Positions 17,103-27,082 of a DNA stretch of 64,000 nucleotides are shown here, one piece after another; the first letter of the stretch is position 1; each line of letters starts with the position of its first letter. Made by a program: the position numbers and the translations under genes. Origin of the DNA: an uncultured Pseudobdellovibrionaceae bacterium. Its GTDB lineage: Bacteria > Bdellovibrionota > FAC87 > UBA2466. Location of the stretch: contig CAZZHG010000017.1 in assembly GCA_964653655.1 (NCBI GenBank), forward strand, positions 279 through 64,278. The letters run 5' to 3'. The notes under the pieces were generated by a model. The model had not been told where the DNA came from, did not search any database, and was given only the letters and a program-made list of their open reading frames with translations.

Positions 17103-19750
17103 TACAGTGAGCTCTTCACTTCTTCCTTGATGAACGCTTCGAAGCGGTCACCGGATTTGAGATCGTTGAAGTTCTCGATGCCGATACCGCACTCGTATCC
17201 GGTCGACACTTCCTTCACGTCGTCCTTGAAGCGGCGGAGCGAGGAAACCTTGCCTTCGTAAACCACCCGGCTGTCGCGCACGAGGCGCAGGAAGCAGCCG
17301 CGGGTGACTTTGCCGTCGGTGACGGCGGAGCCCGCGATGGTTCCGACCTTCGGGATGTTGAAGACGTTGCGCACTTCCGCGTGCCCGATGACCGTTTCCT
17401 TGACCTGACGATCGAGCAGACCTTCCATGAGGTTCTTCACGTCGTCGACGATCTCGTAAATGATCGAGTAGCTGCGGATTTCGACTTTTTCGCCTTCCGC
17501 CTTGCGCCGGGCATTGTTGTCCGGGCGCACGTTGAAGCCGAGAATCGCCGCGCGGCTCGCGACCGCGAGGTTCACGTCGCTCTCGGAGATACCGCCCGTG
17601 GCGGTGTGCAGAATCTTGAGCTTCACCTTGTCGTCGGGGATCTTGCTGAGCGCCACCTTGATGGCTTCCAGCGAACCCACGACGTCCGACTTGATGACGA
17701 CGCGAAGTTCCTTCGTCGTCCCCGTGCCGGCGGCGAGCATGTCTTCCAAGGTCATCTTCGGACGGCCGTCGCCGATTTCGGCGCGCGCCTTGTCGAGGCG
17801 GCCGGTGATGATCGATTTCGCCGCGCGCTCGTCTTCGACGACCGCCATCTCTTCTCCGACGGGCGCCGCTTCGCCGAGACCGAGAATCTCGACGGGCGTG
17901 CTGGGACCCGCTTCCTTGATAGGCTTGCCGTAAGCGTCGTTCATCGCGCGGACTTTACCGAAAGCCGTTCCGGCGACGATGAGGTCGCCCAGTTTCAACG
18001 TGCCCTGCTGCACGAGAACGGTGGCGATGGCGCCCCGATTCTTGTCCATGCGGGACTCGATGACGGTACCGCGTGCAGGCGTATCGTGGTTCGCCTTGAG
18101 CTCGAGCACTTCGGCCTGAACCAGAATGCTGTCCAAGAGCTCCGGGATGCCTTTGCCCGTCTTCGCCGACACGTTCACGTAAATGGTATTGCCGCCCCAG
18201 TCTTCGGGCGCGAGATCGTGGCCCGCGAGCGTTTGCTTGATGCGGTCCGGGTTCGCGTCCGGGAGATCCGTCTTGTTGACCGCGACCACGATCGGCACGT
18301 TGCCGGCCTTGGCGTGATCGATGGACTCGAGCGTCTGCGGCATCACGCCGTCGACGGCGGAGACCACCAGCACGACGATATCGGTAACCTTCGCGCCGCG
18401 GGCACGCATGGCGGTGAACGCCTCGTGACCGGGGGTATCGATGAAGGTGATGAGCCCCTTCTTCGGAATCGAGACCGTATAGGCGCCGATGTGCTGGGTG
18501 ATACCGCCCGCTTCGCCGGCGGCCACTTGCGCTTTACGGATCGAGTCGAGCAGAGAGGTTTTGCCGTGATCCACGTGGCCCATGATGGTGACGACGGGAC
18601 CGCGGGGTTTGAGATTCGCCTCGTCGAGCACGACTTTCTCGATGAAGTCCTCTTCCTTGAAGACTTCCTGATGAACCGTGAAGCCGAACTCCTGAGTGAC
18701 CAGAACCGCGGTATCGTGATCGATCGACTCGTTCATCGACGATTGGACGCCCATCTCCATGAGCTTCTTCAAGACCTGAGCGGCCTTCATGCTCATCTGA
18801 TTGGCGAGGTCCGATACCTTGATCTTCTCGCCCATTTCGACGACGCGTTTGTGCTCGGCTGCGGTGGTGATCATCGTCTTTTGGGCGGGGCGCGCGGCGA
18901 CCTTGCGTTTCTTGGTCGCGTGCACGAGCTCGCGCTTCAAATAATCGGCGCTGCGGAAAACGGTGTTCTGCTGGTTACCACGCCGGCTCTTTCCGGCGGC
19001 TCCGGGCGCTTCCGTCGGCGCCGGGCCCATGGTGACTTCCTTCACGCGGCGAAGTCCGCCGGCTTCCTCGGTTTCCGTTCCGGGCTTCTTCACCACGGGA
19101 GCGGGAGTGGGCCGCTTGGGCGGAGCATCCCGCTTCGGACCGATGGTATCGACGAGATGGGTCTCGACGCTCGTCTTCTTGATGATGCTCGGGAAAGCGC
19201 GGCGGCGAACGGGTTCGGCGGCGACGGGCGCCGGAGCCGCGGGTTCGGCGGGCGCGGCGGCCACCGGGGCCGGAGCTTCGGGTTCAGCGGGCGGCGGAGC
19301 CACCTTCGCCTTACGGGGCGCGACAGGCGGCGCCTCCTCCATCTTGGAGCGTTTCACCAAAGGCTGCGGCTTCGCGCGCGCTCTCGGGGCCGGCGTCTCG
19401 GCAGGCGCCTCCTCGACGGCTTGCGCGGCGACGGCTTCGACTTCGGGCTCGGGTTCTGCGGCGGGCGGCGGAGCTTCCGCTTCGGCGCCCTTCGGCGCTA
19501 CCCGGCGGCGAATGACCGATCCGCCGACGCGGGATTCGGTCACCGGGCCTTTACCCGAGATGACCGCGTCCTTCTTGTTGATGGCCCGGTGCTTTTCGTA
19601 GAACTCGCGGACGCCTTTGACCTCTTCGGATCCCAGCACGCTCATGGAGTTCTTGGTGTCGATCCCCAGTCGCTTGCAGATATCCAGCAGGTACGTGTTG
19701 TCGATCCCCAGCTGTTTCGCGAGTTCGTAGACTTTTAGCTTAACCGTCAT
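17102..19750 (-). CDS. infB: Translation initiation factor IF-2
   Basis: [23 protein letters not shown] and DTPGHEAF. Confidence 0.98.
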   Translation of the reverse strand: MTVKLKVYELAKQLGIDNTYLLDICKRLGIDTKNSMSVLGSEEVKGVREFYEKHRAINKKDAVISGKGPVTESRVGGSVIRRRVAPKGAEAEAPPPAAEPEPEVEAVAAQAVEEAPAETPAPRARAKPQPLVKRSKMEEAPPVAPRKAKVAPPPAEPEAPAPVAAAPAEPAAPAPVAAEPVRRRAFPSIIKKTSVETHLVDTIGPKRDAPPKRPTPAPVVKKPGTETEEAGGLRRVKEVTMGPAPTEAPGAAGKSRRGNQQNTVFRSADYLKRELVHATKKRKVAARPAQKTMITTAAEHKRVVEMGEKIKVSDLANQMSMKAAQVLKKLMEMGVQSSMNESIDHDTAVLVTQEFGFTVHQEVFKEEDFIEKVVLDEANLKPRGPVVTIMGHVDHGKTSLLDSIRKAQVAAGEAGGITQHIGAYTVSIPKKGLITFIDTPGHEAFTAMRARGAKVTDIVVLVVSAVDGVMPQTLESIDHAKAGNVPIVVAVNKTDLPDANPDRIKQTLAGHDLAPEDWGGNTIYVNVSAKTGKGIPELLDSILVQAEVLELKANHDTPARGTVIESRMDKNRGAIATVLVQQGTLKLGDLIVAGTAFGKVRAMNDAYGKPIKEAGPSTPVEILGLGEAAPVGEEMAVVEDERAAKSIITGRLDKARAEIGDGRPKMTLEDMLAAGTGTTKELRVVIKSDVVGSLEAIKVALSKIPDDKVKLKILHTATGGISESDVNLAVASRAAILGFNVRPDNNARRKAEGEKVEIRSYSIIYEIVDDVKNLMEGLLDRQVKETVIGHAEVRNVFNIPKVGTIAGSAVTDGKVTRGCFLRLVRDSRVVYEGKVSSLRRFKDDVKEVSTGYECGIGIENFNDLKSGDRFEAFIKEEVKSSL

Positions 19751-19805
19751 GCCTGTCTCGTGTTCCCTTCGAGGCCTGCTCCTCCGGGAGCGGCCTCATA
19801 TCTCC

Positions 19806-21245
19806 TTAGGCGCCCTCGCCAGGAGTTCCTTCGGGCTTCGGGGCATCCGCCACCGCCGCCGGCGCAGCAGGCTCTTCGGCCTTGGTGCGCTCTTTCTGGG
19901 CCTTCACTTCCGCTTTCAAACGTTCGAATACCGCATCGGCGGACATCTTCGAGCTCGCGTGGGCCGCGGCTTCGGCGGCGGCGATTTCCTTCTTGAGCTC
20001 TTTGTACTTGTCGCTCGCCAGGAACGCCTTCGCGTTCGCGATGATTTCCGTGGCCTTCTCGACCGTGAACCCGGGCACCTGCGCGAGAGCCGCGGGCTCC
20101 GCTCCGGCGATCTGGTCGGCGGACAAACCGTAATGGAACGCGCTCTGAGCGAGAGTGTCGTTCATGCCCTCGATGGCGACGAGGAGCTTCTTTCTCTCGT
20201 CGAAACGTTTCGCCATCGTGTTCTCGGACACGATGTCGAGCTTCCAGCCGGTGAGCTGGCTCGCGAGCTTCACGTTCTGGCCGCGCTTGCCGATGGCGAG
20301 CGACAGCTGATTGTCGGCGACGACGATTTCCATCGACTTCGCCTGCTCGTCGACCAGCACCTTCACGACCTCGGCGGGGGCGAGCGCGTTGCAAACAAAG
20401 CGCGTCTCTTCCGCGTCGTACGGAACGATGTCGATCTTCTCGCCGCGAAGCTCCTGCACCACGTTCTGCACGCGGGCGCCCTTCACGCCGACGCACGCGC
20501 CGACCGGATCCACGTCGGAGTCGGACGACTCCACCGCGATCTTCGCGCGCACGCCCGGCTCGCGGGCGGCGTGCTTGATGGTGACGATGCCTTCGGCCAC
20601 TTCCGGAACTTCCTGGTGGAAGAGCTGAATGAGGAGCTCGGAGCACGTACGGGACAAAACGATGCGGGGGCCGCGCGGAGTCTGCTGCACGTCGATGAGG
20701 TAACCGAGAACCCGATCGCCCGGGCGGTAATGCTCGCCGGGGATCTGCTCGCGCGCCGGCAAAATGGCGTCGGTGCGGCCGAGGTCCACGATCACGCAGC
20801 CGCGCTCGACGCGGCGGCAGGTGCCGCTGACCACTTCGCCCTTACGGACGTTGAACTCGTTGTAGATGATGTCGCGTTCGGCATCGCGGACCTTCTGGAT
20901 GATGACCTGCTTGGCCGTCTGAGCGGCGATGCGGCCGAACTCCGAGGAGTCGAGCTTGATGCCGATGGAGTCGCCGACACCGGCTTCCGGGTCGAGCTTC
21001 TTCGCTTCGGCCTGGGTCACTTCGATGTCGGGGTTCGCGAGCGTCTCGACGACGGTCTTGAACTGGAACAATTCGATTTCCCCGAGGTCGGGGTTGAAGT
21101 GGGCCTCGATTTCCTTCTCGACGCCGTATTTTTTCTTGGCCGCGGTGAGCATCGCGGTCTCCAGCGCTTCGATCAGAATCGCCCGATCGATGCCTTTGTC
21201 CTTTTCAACCTGCTCGAGTACCCGACCTAATTCAGAACCAGCCAT
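19806..21245 (-). CDS. nusA: Transcription termination/antitermination factor NusA
   Basis: [23 protein letters not shown] and [12 protein letters not shown]. Confidence 0.98.
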   Translation of the reverse strand: MAGSELGRVLEQVEKDKGIDRAILIEALETAMLTAAKKKYGVEKEIEAHFNPDLGEIELFQFKTVVETLANPDIEVTQAEAKKLDPEAGVGDSIGIKLDSSEFGRIAAQTAKQVIIQKVRDAERDIIYNEFNVRKGEVVSGTCRRVERGCVIVDLGRTDAILPAREQIPGEHYRPGDRVLGYLIDVQQTPRGPRIVLSRTCSELLIQLFHQEVPEVAEGIVTIKHAAREPGVRAKIAVESSDSDVDPVGACVGVKGARVQNVVQELRGEKIDIVPYDAEETRFVCNALAPAEVVKVLVDEQAKSMEIVVADNQLSLAIGKRGQNVKLASQLTGWKLDIVSENTMAKRFDERKKLLVAIEGMNDTLAQSAFHYGLSADQIAGAEPAALAQVPGFTVEKATEIIANAKAFLASDKYKELKKEIAAAEAAAHASSKMSADAVFERLKAEVKAQKERTKAEEPAAPAAVADAPKPEGTPGEGA

Positions 21246-21260
21246 CTAACTTCTCTCTTT

Positions 21261-21782
21261 CTAATGCTTAACCGGGGGATCTCCGGCTTTCCAAAGCCGA
21301 ACCGCCTGAGTCACCAGACCCAGGGGAACCGGAACTTCGTCCTTCCCCACGTCGACAAAAACCTCGTCCTTATCCACCCGGACCAGCTTGCCCGTCAAAT
21401 TGGCGCCCCGCCCCGGAAGTTTTTCCGCGAGCTTGAGCTTAACTTCCTGGCCAACCGCCCCTTCGAAGTCCGTCCGCAGCCGAAGCCGCCGATCGAGACC
21501 CGGGGAGGACACTTCCAAATCGTAAGCGCCCTGAATCCGGTCATCGAGAAGCGGGGCGAGCGTGCGGCTAACCGCCGCGCAATCCTCGATGGAAACGCCG
21601 CCCGGGGCGGACTCGGCTTCCACAGCCTCGGCCTTCATCCGTTCGATGAACAGCCTGAGCAGCGACCTTCCGGCGAGACGAAAATCCACATCGACGGGAC
21701 GAAAACCCAAAGGGGATAGGGTCTTCTCGCAAAGATCGAGAATCTCCGACTCGGCCTGGGTTTTACGAATAGAATCCGTCAA
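21261..21782 (-). CDS. rimP: Ribosome maturation factor RimP
   Basis: IEDCAAVSR and YDLEVSSPGLDR. First gene of the nusA operon. Confidence 0.95.
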   Translation of the reverse strand: MTDSIRKTQAESEILDLCEKTLSPLGFRPVDVDFRLAGRSLLRLFIERMKAEAVEAESAPGGVSIEDCAAVSRTLAPLLDDRIQGAYDLEVSSPGLDRRLRLRTDFEGAVGQEVKLKLAEKLPGRGANLTGKLVRVDKDEVFVDVGKDEVPVPLGLVTQAVRLWKAGDPPVKH

Positions 21783-21801
21783 TTAAGCCCCTCGTCCGGC
21801 T

Positions 21802-21830
21802 AAAAGAAAAAAAGCGGCCAGGGGCCGCTT
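21802..21830 (-). terminator. Intrinsic terminator or attenuator just upstream of rimP
   Basis: AAGCGGCC-CCT-GGCCGCTT stem followed by TTTTTCTTTT on the minus strand. Confidence 0.7.
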
Positions 21831-21922
21831 GAGCTTGGGTCTAGCGCAAGACGCAGTCTTTCTAACAGCTTCTCTTAACGAAAACAAGGGGTAAGGACTA
21901 GGACCAGGCAGGTCTAGGAGGG

Positions 21923-24577
21923 CTAGTTGTCGTAACCTTGGCGGATGAAATCTCCGGTTTCCGTCGTGTCTTTCGTGGTGTCGATGGGCGCTTCGGTGCC
22001 GCCATCGGGCTGAGGAGTGCCGGTGTCGATGGTCGATAGCCGAGCCCGGCTTCCGGGCTCCCCGATGCGGGTCACGTTGGTGCCCTCGCGGGTCGGAACG
22101 GTGCCGACTTTGAACGCCGCACGCACGCGCTCTTTCTGGGAGGCGTTGGCGAGGCGGCCGGTTTCGGGATCGATGTAAGCGAACGAAATTCCCTCGGGGA
22201 CCGGGAAGCTGATCTTCGGATATTTCGGCACGACCCGGGCCATGTACTCGGTCCAAATCGGGGTGGCCGCGCGCCCGCCGGTCTCACCCGCCGCAAGGGG
22301 CTTATCTTTCTCGTAACCTACCCACACGCCGGTCATTACCGTCGGCGTGAAGCCGACGAACCAGGCGTCGCGATGATCGTTCGACGTTCCCGTCTTGCCC
22401 GCTACCGCTCCGCCTACGGCGCTAGCGCGGCGGCCGGTGCCCGTGGGATCGCTCACAACGCCGTGAAGGAGATCCACCATCACGTACGCCGTCGCAGGAT
22501 CGATGACCCGGCCCGCGGGAAGCCCTTCCGGCGTCGGGGAAGCGGCGGCGATCTGGGCCGCCTCGTCCTGGGGTTTATATTCCTCGAGGACCTTGCCATC
22601 GGCGTCGGTGACTTTCTTGATGTAGTAAAGCGACAGCGGCCGGCCGAGGCGCGGGAAAATCGAATAGGCGCGGGTGATCTCATCGAGCGAGCTGGACCAG
22701 GACCCCAGCGCAATCGAAAGATCCCGCGGCAGCGGAGCATTGATTCCCATGCGGCGGGCGTAGTCGATGCCCCGATCGATCGTAATCTGATCGAGCAGCT
22801 TCACCGTCGGAATGTTCATCGAGCGGGTGAGCGCGAGACGAAGCGGGATGTCGCCCTTGAACTTCCCCGCGTAGTTGTGCGGACGCCAGCTTTCGCCGAA
22901 GTTGTCGGTGTCGAGATCGCCTTCCACTTTGAAAACGATGGGGGAGTCCGACACGAGAGACGACTGACTGAAACCCTCGTCCATCGCCGCGGCGTAAAGC
23001 ACCGGCTTGAAGGTCGAGCCCACCTGACGCTTGGCCTGGAGAGCGCAGTTGAACTTGCTTTCGTCGAAATTCTTGCCTCCGACCATCGCGCGGACCGCGC
23101 CGTTCTTCAGCTCGAAGGAAAGCAAAGCCCCCTGAATTTCCGGATACTGCTCGAGTGAAGCGGAAATCGTCGACAGCTTGCGATCGAACTTGTCGATTCG
23201 GACCTCGATCACGTCGCCGGCCTTCAGCTTCGTCAGAGAGACCTTGTCGATCGGCTTCAGCTCCGTCTCTTTGGTTCCCATCGTGACCCAGGCCATCGAA
23301 AGCAGCGGGATCGTGACGGGGGTCTGGCCGACGCGCGCGGTGATTTCGTTCTTCGTATCGTCGACATTCGTGACGATGGCCCGGTAAAACTCGTTCTCGA
23401 GAAGCGGCGTCTCGCCGTAGTACTTCGAGGCCTTGTCGAGAAACATCGACATGTCGTAACCGAGAGCGCTTTTTTCGCCTTCCGGAAAACTCGCCGGAAG
23501 AATGCGCATCGGGGTGGCCTTCTTCAGAATGTCCTCGTGGGTCTTCTTCGCGTAGGCCTCGATGTCGATCGGGGAATCGAGGTGCATCACGGGGCCGCGC
23601 CAGCCGAGACGCTTGTCCGCCTCACGGAGCCCGCGCATCGTCGCATCCTCGGCGGACTTCTGAAACTCCGCGTTCATCGTCGTGTAGATCTTGTAGCCCG
23701 AGTTCAAAATCGTCTCGGAGCCGTACTTATTCATCAAATAGAGCCGGATGTGCTCCATGAAAAACTGCCCGATGCGGGCCGACGCTTCCTCGACTTCGAA
23801 AAGCCTCAAGGGCGTCGCGAGCGCTTCGGTCGCCTGCGCCTGAGTGATGTACCCGTCGGTCGCCATGCGGTTCAGTACGTAGGATTGGCGGCGTTTGGCC
23901 AGATGCGGGTTGTGGAACGGGTCCCAGTCGTTCGGACGCTGGGGAAGGCCGGCGAGCACCGCCCCTTCCGCGACGGTGAGCTGGGTGACGTCCTTGTTGA
24001 AATAGTTTCTCGCGGCGGCGCCTATGCCGAAGGCGCCGTGACCGAGGTAAATCTCCGAGAGATACAGCGAGAGTATCTCGTTCTTCGAGAGTTCCTTCTC
24101 CATGCGCCAGGCGAGAACGATCTCACGAACCTTCCGGGTGATGTTCTTCTCGCGCGAGTTGAGGACCACGCTGCGGGCGACCTGCTGAGTGATCGTGCTT
24201 CCGCCCTGGGCGTACTTGCCGCGGGCCAGGTTGGAGAGGAAGGCGCGCAAAATTCCGGCCGGGTCCACGCCCCGGTGCTCGTAAAAATGGGAATCCTCGG
24301 CCGCGATGAACGCGGAGACCACGTGCCGGGGAATTTTGTCGAACTCCACCGGGTACCGGCGCTGCTTGGTGAACTCGCCGACCTTCACGCCGTCGTCGGA
24401 AAAGACTTCGGTGGAGTTGGTGTGCTTGAAATCCTTGAGGGTCGAGACGTCCGGAAGCTCCTTAAGGATGCGGTAAACGAAGAAGGTGCCGGAAAGGGCG
24501 ACCACAACGACCACTCCGAGCGCGATGAGGGAAAACGATTTCATCGTTCCCTTCAAAATGCGCTTATGGAAGGCCAT
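21923..24577 (-). CDS. mrcA: Penicillin-binding protein 1A (transglycosylase/transpeptidase)
   Basis: AAEDSHF, QGGSTITQQ and RKVRE (TG). GSTFK, SMN and KTG (TP). Start placed at MAFHKR, ahead of the TM anchor. Confidence 0.93.
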   Translation of the reverse strand: MAFHKRILKGTMKSFSLIALGVVVVVALSGTFFVYRILKELPDVSTLKDFKHTNSTEVFSDDGVKVGEFTKQRRYPVEFDKIPRHVVSAFIAAEDSHFYEHRGVDPAGILRAFLSNLARGKYAQGGSTITQQVARSVVLNSREKNITRKVREIVLAWRMEKELSKNEILSLYLSEIYLGHGAFGIGAAARNYFNKDVTQLTVAEGAVLAGLPQRPNDWDPFHNPHLAKRRQSYVLNRMATDGYITQAQATEALATPLRLFEVEEASARIGQFFMEHIRLYLMNKYGSETILNSGYKIYTTMNAEFQKSAEDATMRGLREADKRLGWRGPVMHLDSPIDIEAYAKKTHEDILKKATPMRILPASFPEGEKSALGYDMSMFLDKASKYYGETPLLENEFYRAIVTNVDDTKNEITARVGQTPVTIPLLSMAWVTMGTKETELKPIDKVSLTKLKAGDVIEVRIDKFDRKLSTISASLEQYPEIQGALLSFELKNGAVRAMVGGKNFDESKFNCALQAKRQVGSTFKPVLYAAAMDEGFSQSSLVSDSPIVFKVEGDLDTDNFGESWRPHNYAGKFKGDIPLRLALTRSMNIPTVKLLDQITIDRGIDYARRMGINAPLPRDLSIALGSWSSSLDEITRAYSIFPRLGRPLSLYYIKKVTDADGKVLEEYKPQDEAAQIAAASPTPEGLPAGRVIDPATAYVMVDLLHGVVSDPTGTGRRASAVGGAVAGKTGTSNDHRDAWFVGFTPTVMTGVWVGYEKDKPLAAGETGGRAATPIWTEYMARVVPKYPKISFPVPEGISFAYIDPETGRLANASQKERVRAAFKVGTVPTREGTNVTRIGEPGSRARLSTIDTGTPQPDGGTEAPIDTTKDTTETGDFIRQGYDN

Positions 24578-24710
24578 GGGATTCCTCAGGTAAAAACGCC
24601 CCCGGAGGGGAGTAAAGATAGCGTCTGGACGGGCAGTATAAGGATAACAGACTTTGTCCGCCACCCAAATTGACTCAGCAGCCCAAATCGGGAAGCGGCG
24701 CTCGTCCGCC

Positions 24711-24738
24711 TTGACCGATCCACTCCATGGAATAAAAT
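24711..24738 (+). promoter_or_regulatory. sigma70-type promoter of the small RHH gene
   Basis: TTGACC-16 nt-TAAAAT, 7 nt before ATG 24746. Confidence 0.6.
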
Positions 24739-24745
24739 CGGGGTG

Positions 24746-24934
24746 ATGAACAAATACAAACTGCAGCAGGACGACCTCGTTCCCACCCCCCTCACCGTGA
24801 AGCTCGAAAAGCACATTGTCGATGATCTCAAGACGATGGAGAAGAACACCCAGATGGCGGTGGACGAGCTGGTTCGCAAGGCGGTCCTGATGTTCATCGC
24901 CACGCACAACGATTATCTAGGCCGCCGCAGCTGA
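24746..24934 (+). CDS. Small ribbon-helix-helix (CopG-like) DNA-binding protein
   Basis: LTVKL strand followed by two helices (VDELVRKAV). Genome-like codon usage and its own promoter. Confidence 0.6.
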   Translation: MNKYKLQQDDLVPTPLTVKLEKHIVDDLKTMEKNTQMAVDELVRKAVLMFIATHNDYLGRRS

Positions 24935-25227
24935 CCTTCCTTTTCAGATTGATTCCAAGGATTTAGGGCCCTTTTTCCGTTCTACAGGAGGGGGATGTCG
25001 AACTTTTGGGGGGTGTATTCTTCCGAAATTCAGGGACTTAGCCGATCCTCCCGCCCCCGCTGTCCAAAGCCTTCGCACAATCAGGCTCGGATCCACGCTC
25101 GGCGTTCCGGCACGGAACGTGGAGTATTGAGCCGGTAGAACCGTCCTTTTCGCTACTACTCATCTCGGCTACCCAACCCGACCACAGCTTCGAAAGTGTC
25201 CCCCGGAACCTTTGAGGACTACCCCCG

Positions 25228-26535
25228 ATGTTCCTGACTGGAAATAAAACCAAGTTCCTCTTTCAGGCGGCTCTCGTCATCGCCCTCACCGGCTGCGGCA
25301 AAGCGCTCGTCCGCCGGGACGCGATCAACGGCACGGGCGGCTCGAGCAACACCACCACCGACGGCAACATCACCGGCCGCGGAGCTCTTACGGAAATCGG
25401 CCTCGACGGATTTTCCTCCACCGATTCCGGACTCGGATTCGATCCCCTTCTCAAAGTTTTGCAGATGAACGGTCAGAGCTCGCCGAACCTCATGGGTAAC
25501 GCGAACTCTCCGCTGCTGGACATGACCGACGAGACGCTGATTGCGATCTCGGTCCTTCCGGTCCAGCCCTACAATAAGGAGCTTCCCGCGGCCAACGGTT
25601 CGGACGCCGGATACCCCATGGGCAACCTCAGCGCCGCCGACCACGTCGGCTACTGGCGCCTCAACGAAGTTTCGAGCCCCTACGCCGACTCCTCGAAGAA
25701 CGGCCGCAACGGCACTTCGGGCACGGCGCCGGTGAACACTCCCGGAATACTTCGCTTCGCGCAGAAGTTCGATGGAACGAAGATCATTCAGGTCAACGCG
25801 GACGCGGTGGACGCGAACGATTCGCTCACGCTGAAGAACGGCGCGGGCGTCGGCACCTGGATGGCCTGGTTCTCGAACGATACTCCGGCGAACAACGCGA
25901 GCCTCATTCGCAAAGGTACGGACGGCAACTACGCCATCACGTACAGCTCTCCGAGCGCGAACGTCTCGAACCTGAATTGCGAAGTTTCGAACGGCGCGGC
26001 CACGGGAAACAAGAAAATCGTGAGCGCCGGCGTTCCGAAAGTAATGACGAACCAGTGGCAGCACGTGGCCTGCGTTTACGACGGGGCTACGCTCAAGATG
26101 TATTTGAACGGTCTGCTCGTCGGAAGCGTCGCCGCGGCGGCGGGCTCGCTCGGCTCGACGGGAACGCTGAAACACTTCTATATCGGCGGCAACGGCGCCA
26201 ACAACCGCTACAAAGGCTCCCTGGACGAGGTAGCCGTCTATAAGCGCGCGCTGCCCATCGACGAAATCAAGCTCATCTTCAGCCGCGGTGAAATCTTCGG
26301 AATTCAGTACCGGGCGGCGGCGACGCCCTCGATGCTCGAAACGATGCCCTTCGTGGGCCCCTCGGGCCCGAACAGCTACTACCTTCCGGCCTACGTGGAC
26401 TCGAACGGTCCGCCGATGTTCCCCGTTCCTCCCCAGAACGGAATGTACGTTCAGGTGCGCACGCGCTTCGCGCTGCTCGCGCCGACGAGCCGGGTTCTCA
26501 TCAAGATGGTTCAACCCATCTACGCGCCTAATTAA
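25228..26535 (+). CDS. LamG/concanavalin A-like domain lipoprotein
   Basis: Lipobox LTGC. VGYWRLNE, WQHVACVYDG..LKMYLNG and GSLDEVAVYKRAL are LamG motifs. Confidence 0.85.
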   Translation: MFLTGNKTKFLFQAALVIALTGCGKALVRRDAINGTGGSSNTTTDGNITGRGALTEIGLDGFSSTDSGLGFDPLLKVLQMNGQSSPNLMGNANSPLLDMTDETLIAISVLPVQPYNKELPAANGSDAGYPMGNLSAADHVGYWRLNEVSSPYADSSKNGRNGTSGTAPVNTPGILRFAQKFDGTKIIQVNADAVDANDSLTLKNGAGVGTWMAWFSNDTPANNASLIRKGTDGNYAITYSSPSANVSNLNCEVSNGAATGNKKIVSAGVPKVMTNQWQHVACVYDGATLKMYLNGLLVGSVAAAAGSLGSTGTLKHFYIGGNGANNRYKGSLDEVAVYKRALPIDEIKLIFSRGEIFGIQYRAAATPSMLETMPFVGPSGPNSYYLPAYVDSNGPPMFPVPPQNGMYVQVRTRFALLAPTSRVLIKMVQPIYAPN

Positions 26536-26702
26536 ACCCCGCGAAAACAATAAGAGCGCGACCAAACCCTCGACGGCGGCCATCCTCTGTTCACAATTCG
26601 CTAACCCCCCGTTTATTCCCCCTCTTTACCGTACGCTGGGAAATACGTCTTAACCGGTGACACGCTCGTTTAGAACACGGCCCGCGGGCCGTGCTTGATT
26701 TT

Positions 26703-26718
26703 TGGCACCACCGTTGCA
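26703..26718 (+). promoter_or_regulatory. sigma54 (-24/-12) promoter
   Basis: TGGCAC-CACCG-TTGCA, with exact GG-N10-GC spacing. Confidence 0.7.
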
Positions 26719-26729
26719 CTACCCCTACC

Positions 26730-26936
26730 TCGTGACCTGGCAAGCCACGAACGAAGCTCAATCCTGAGGCAGTAGTTTCGTGGAACGTAAGCTGAAGTTT
26801 TTGCGGAAAGTCGAACGTCGAGTTTGTAGCTGGTTTGCCTCGTCCCCTACCCCCCAATGCTCCCGAGAGGGAGCTGGACAGATTAATCGTCTGGCGGGGC
26901 GGGAACTTTGGTTCCCGTCCCGCTAGGCGACTGTCT
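26730..26936 (+). ncRNA. Candidate structured small RNA
   Basis: Downstream of the sigma54 motif. Hairpins at 26745-26783, 26859-26874 (GAGA tetraloop) and 26876-26936 (20-bp stem with three G-U pairs). The 3' end is uncertain. Confidence 0.5.
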
Positions 26937-27082
26937 AAACGCAGCCCCTGTTCTGGCGAACGTGAGTGAGTTCCGGGTGGCGTTTAGGGCAGATGAATGT
27001 AGGGCCGTTCAATCGACGAAACGAAGAGAGCGCCCCCCGCTCTCCCGATCCTTGGACGGGAACCTTCCCCGTCCCAAATTCC

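Noticed and set aside
17381..21230. Long + strand ORFs (785 aa and 493 aa) antisense to infB and nusA, and similar shadow ORFs opposite hflX, mrcA, fabF, gcvPB and asnS
   Set aside because: They mirror well-conserved genes. High-GC codon bias removes antisense stops, and the translations carry no motifs.
24578..24907. 110-aa N-terminal extension of PBP1A
   Set aside because: It is antisense to the small RHH gene. The PBP1A TM anchor begins shortly after ATG 24577.
25108..25123. Possible sigma54 motif CGGCACGGAACGTGGA upstream of the LamG gene
   Set aside because: The -12 element reads GG instead of GC, too weak to call.
26536..27082. tRNA, tmRNA, 6S, SRP RNA or a known riboswitch in this gap
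   Set aside because: I could not recognise a cloverleaf, a tag reading frame or a conserved riboswitch core by eye. An Rfam scan is needed to exclude them properly.
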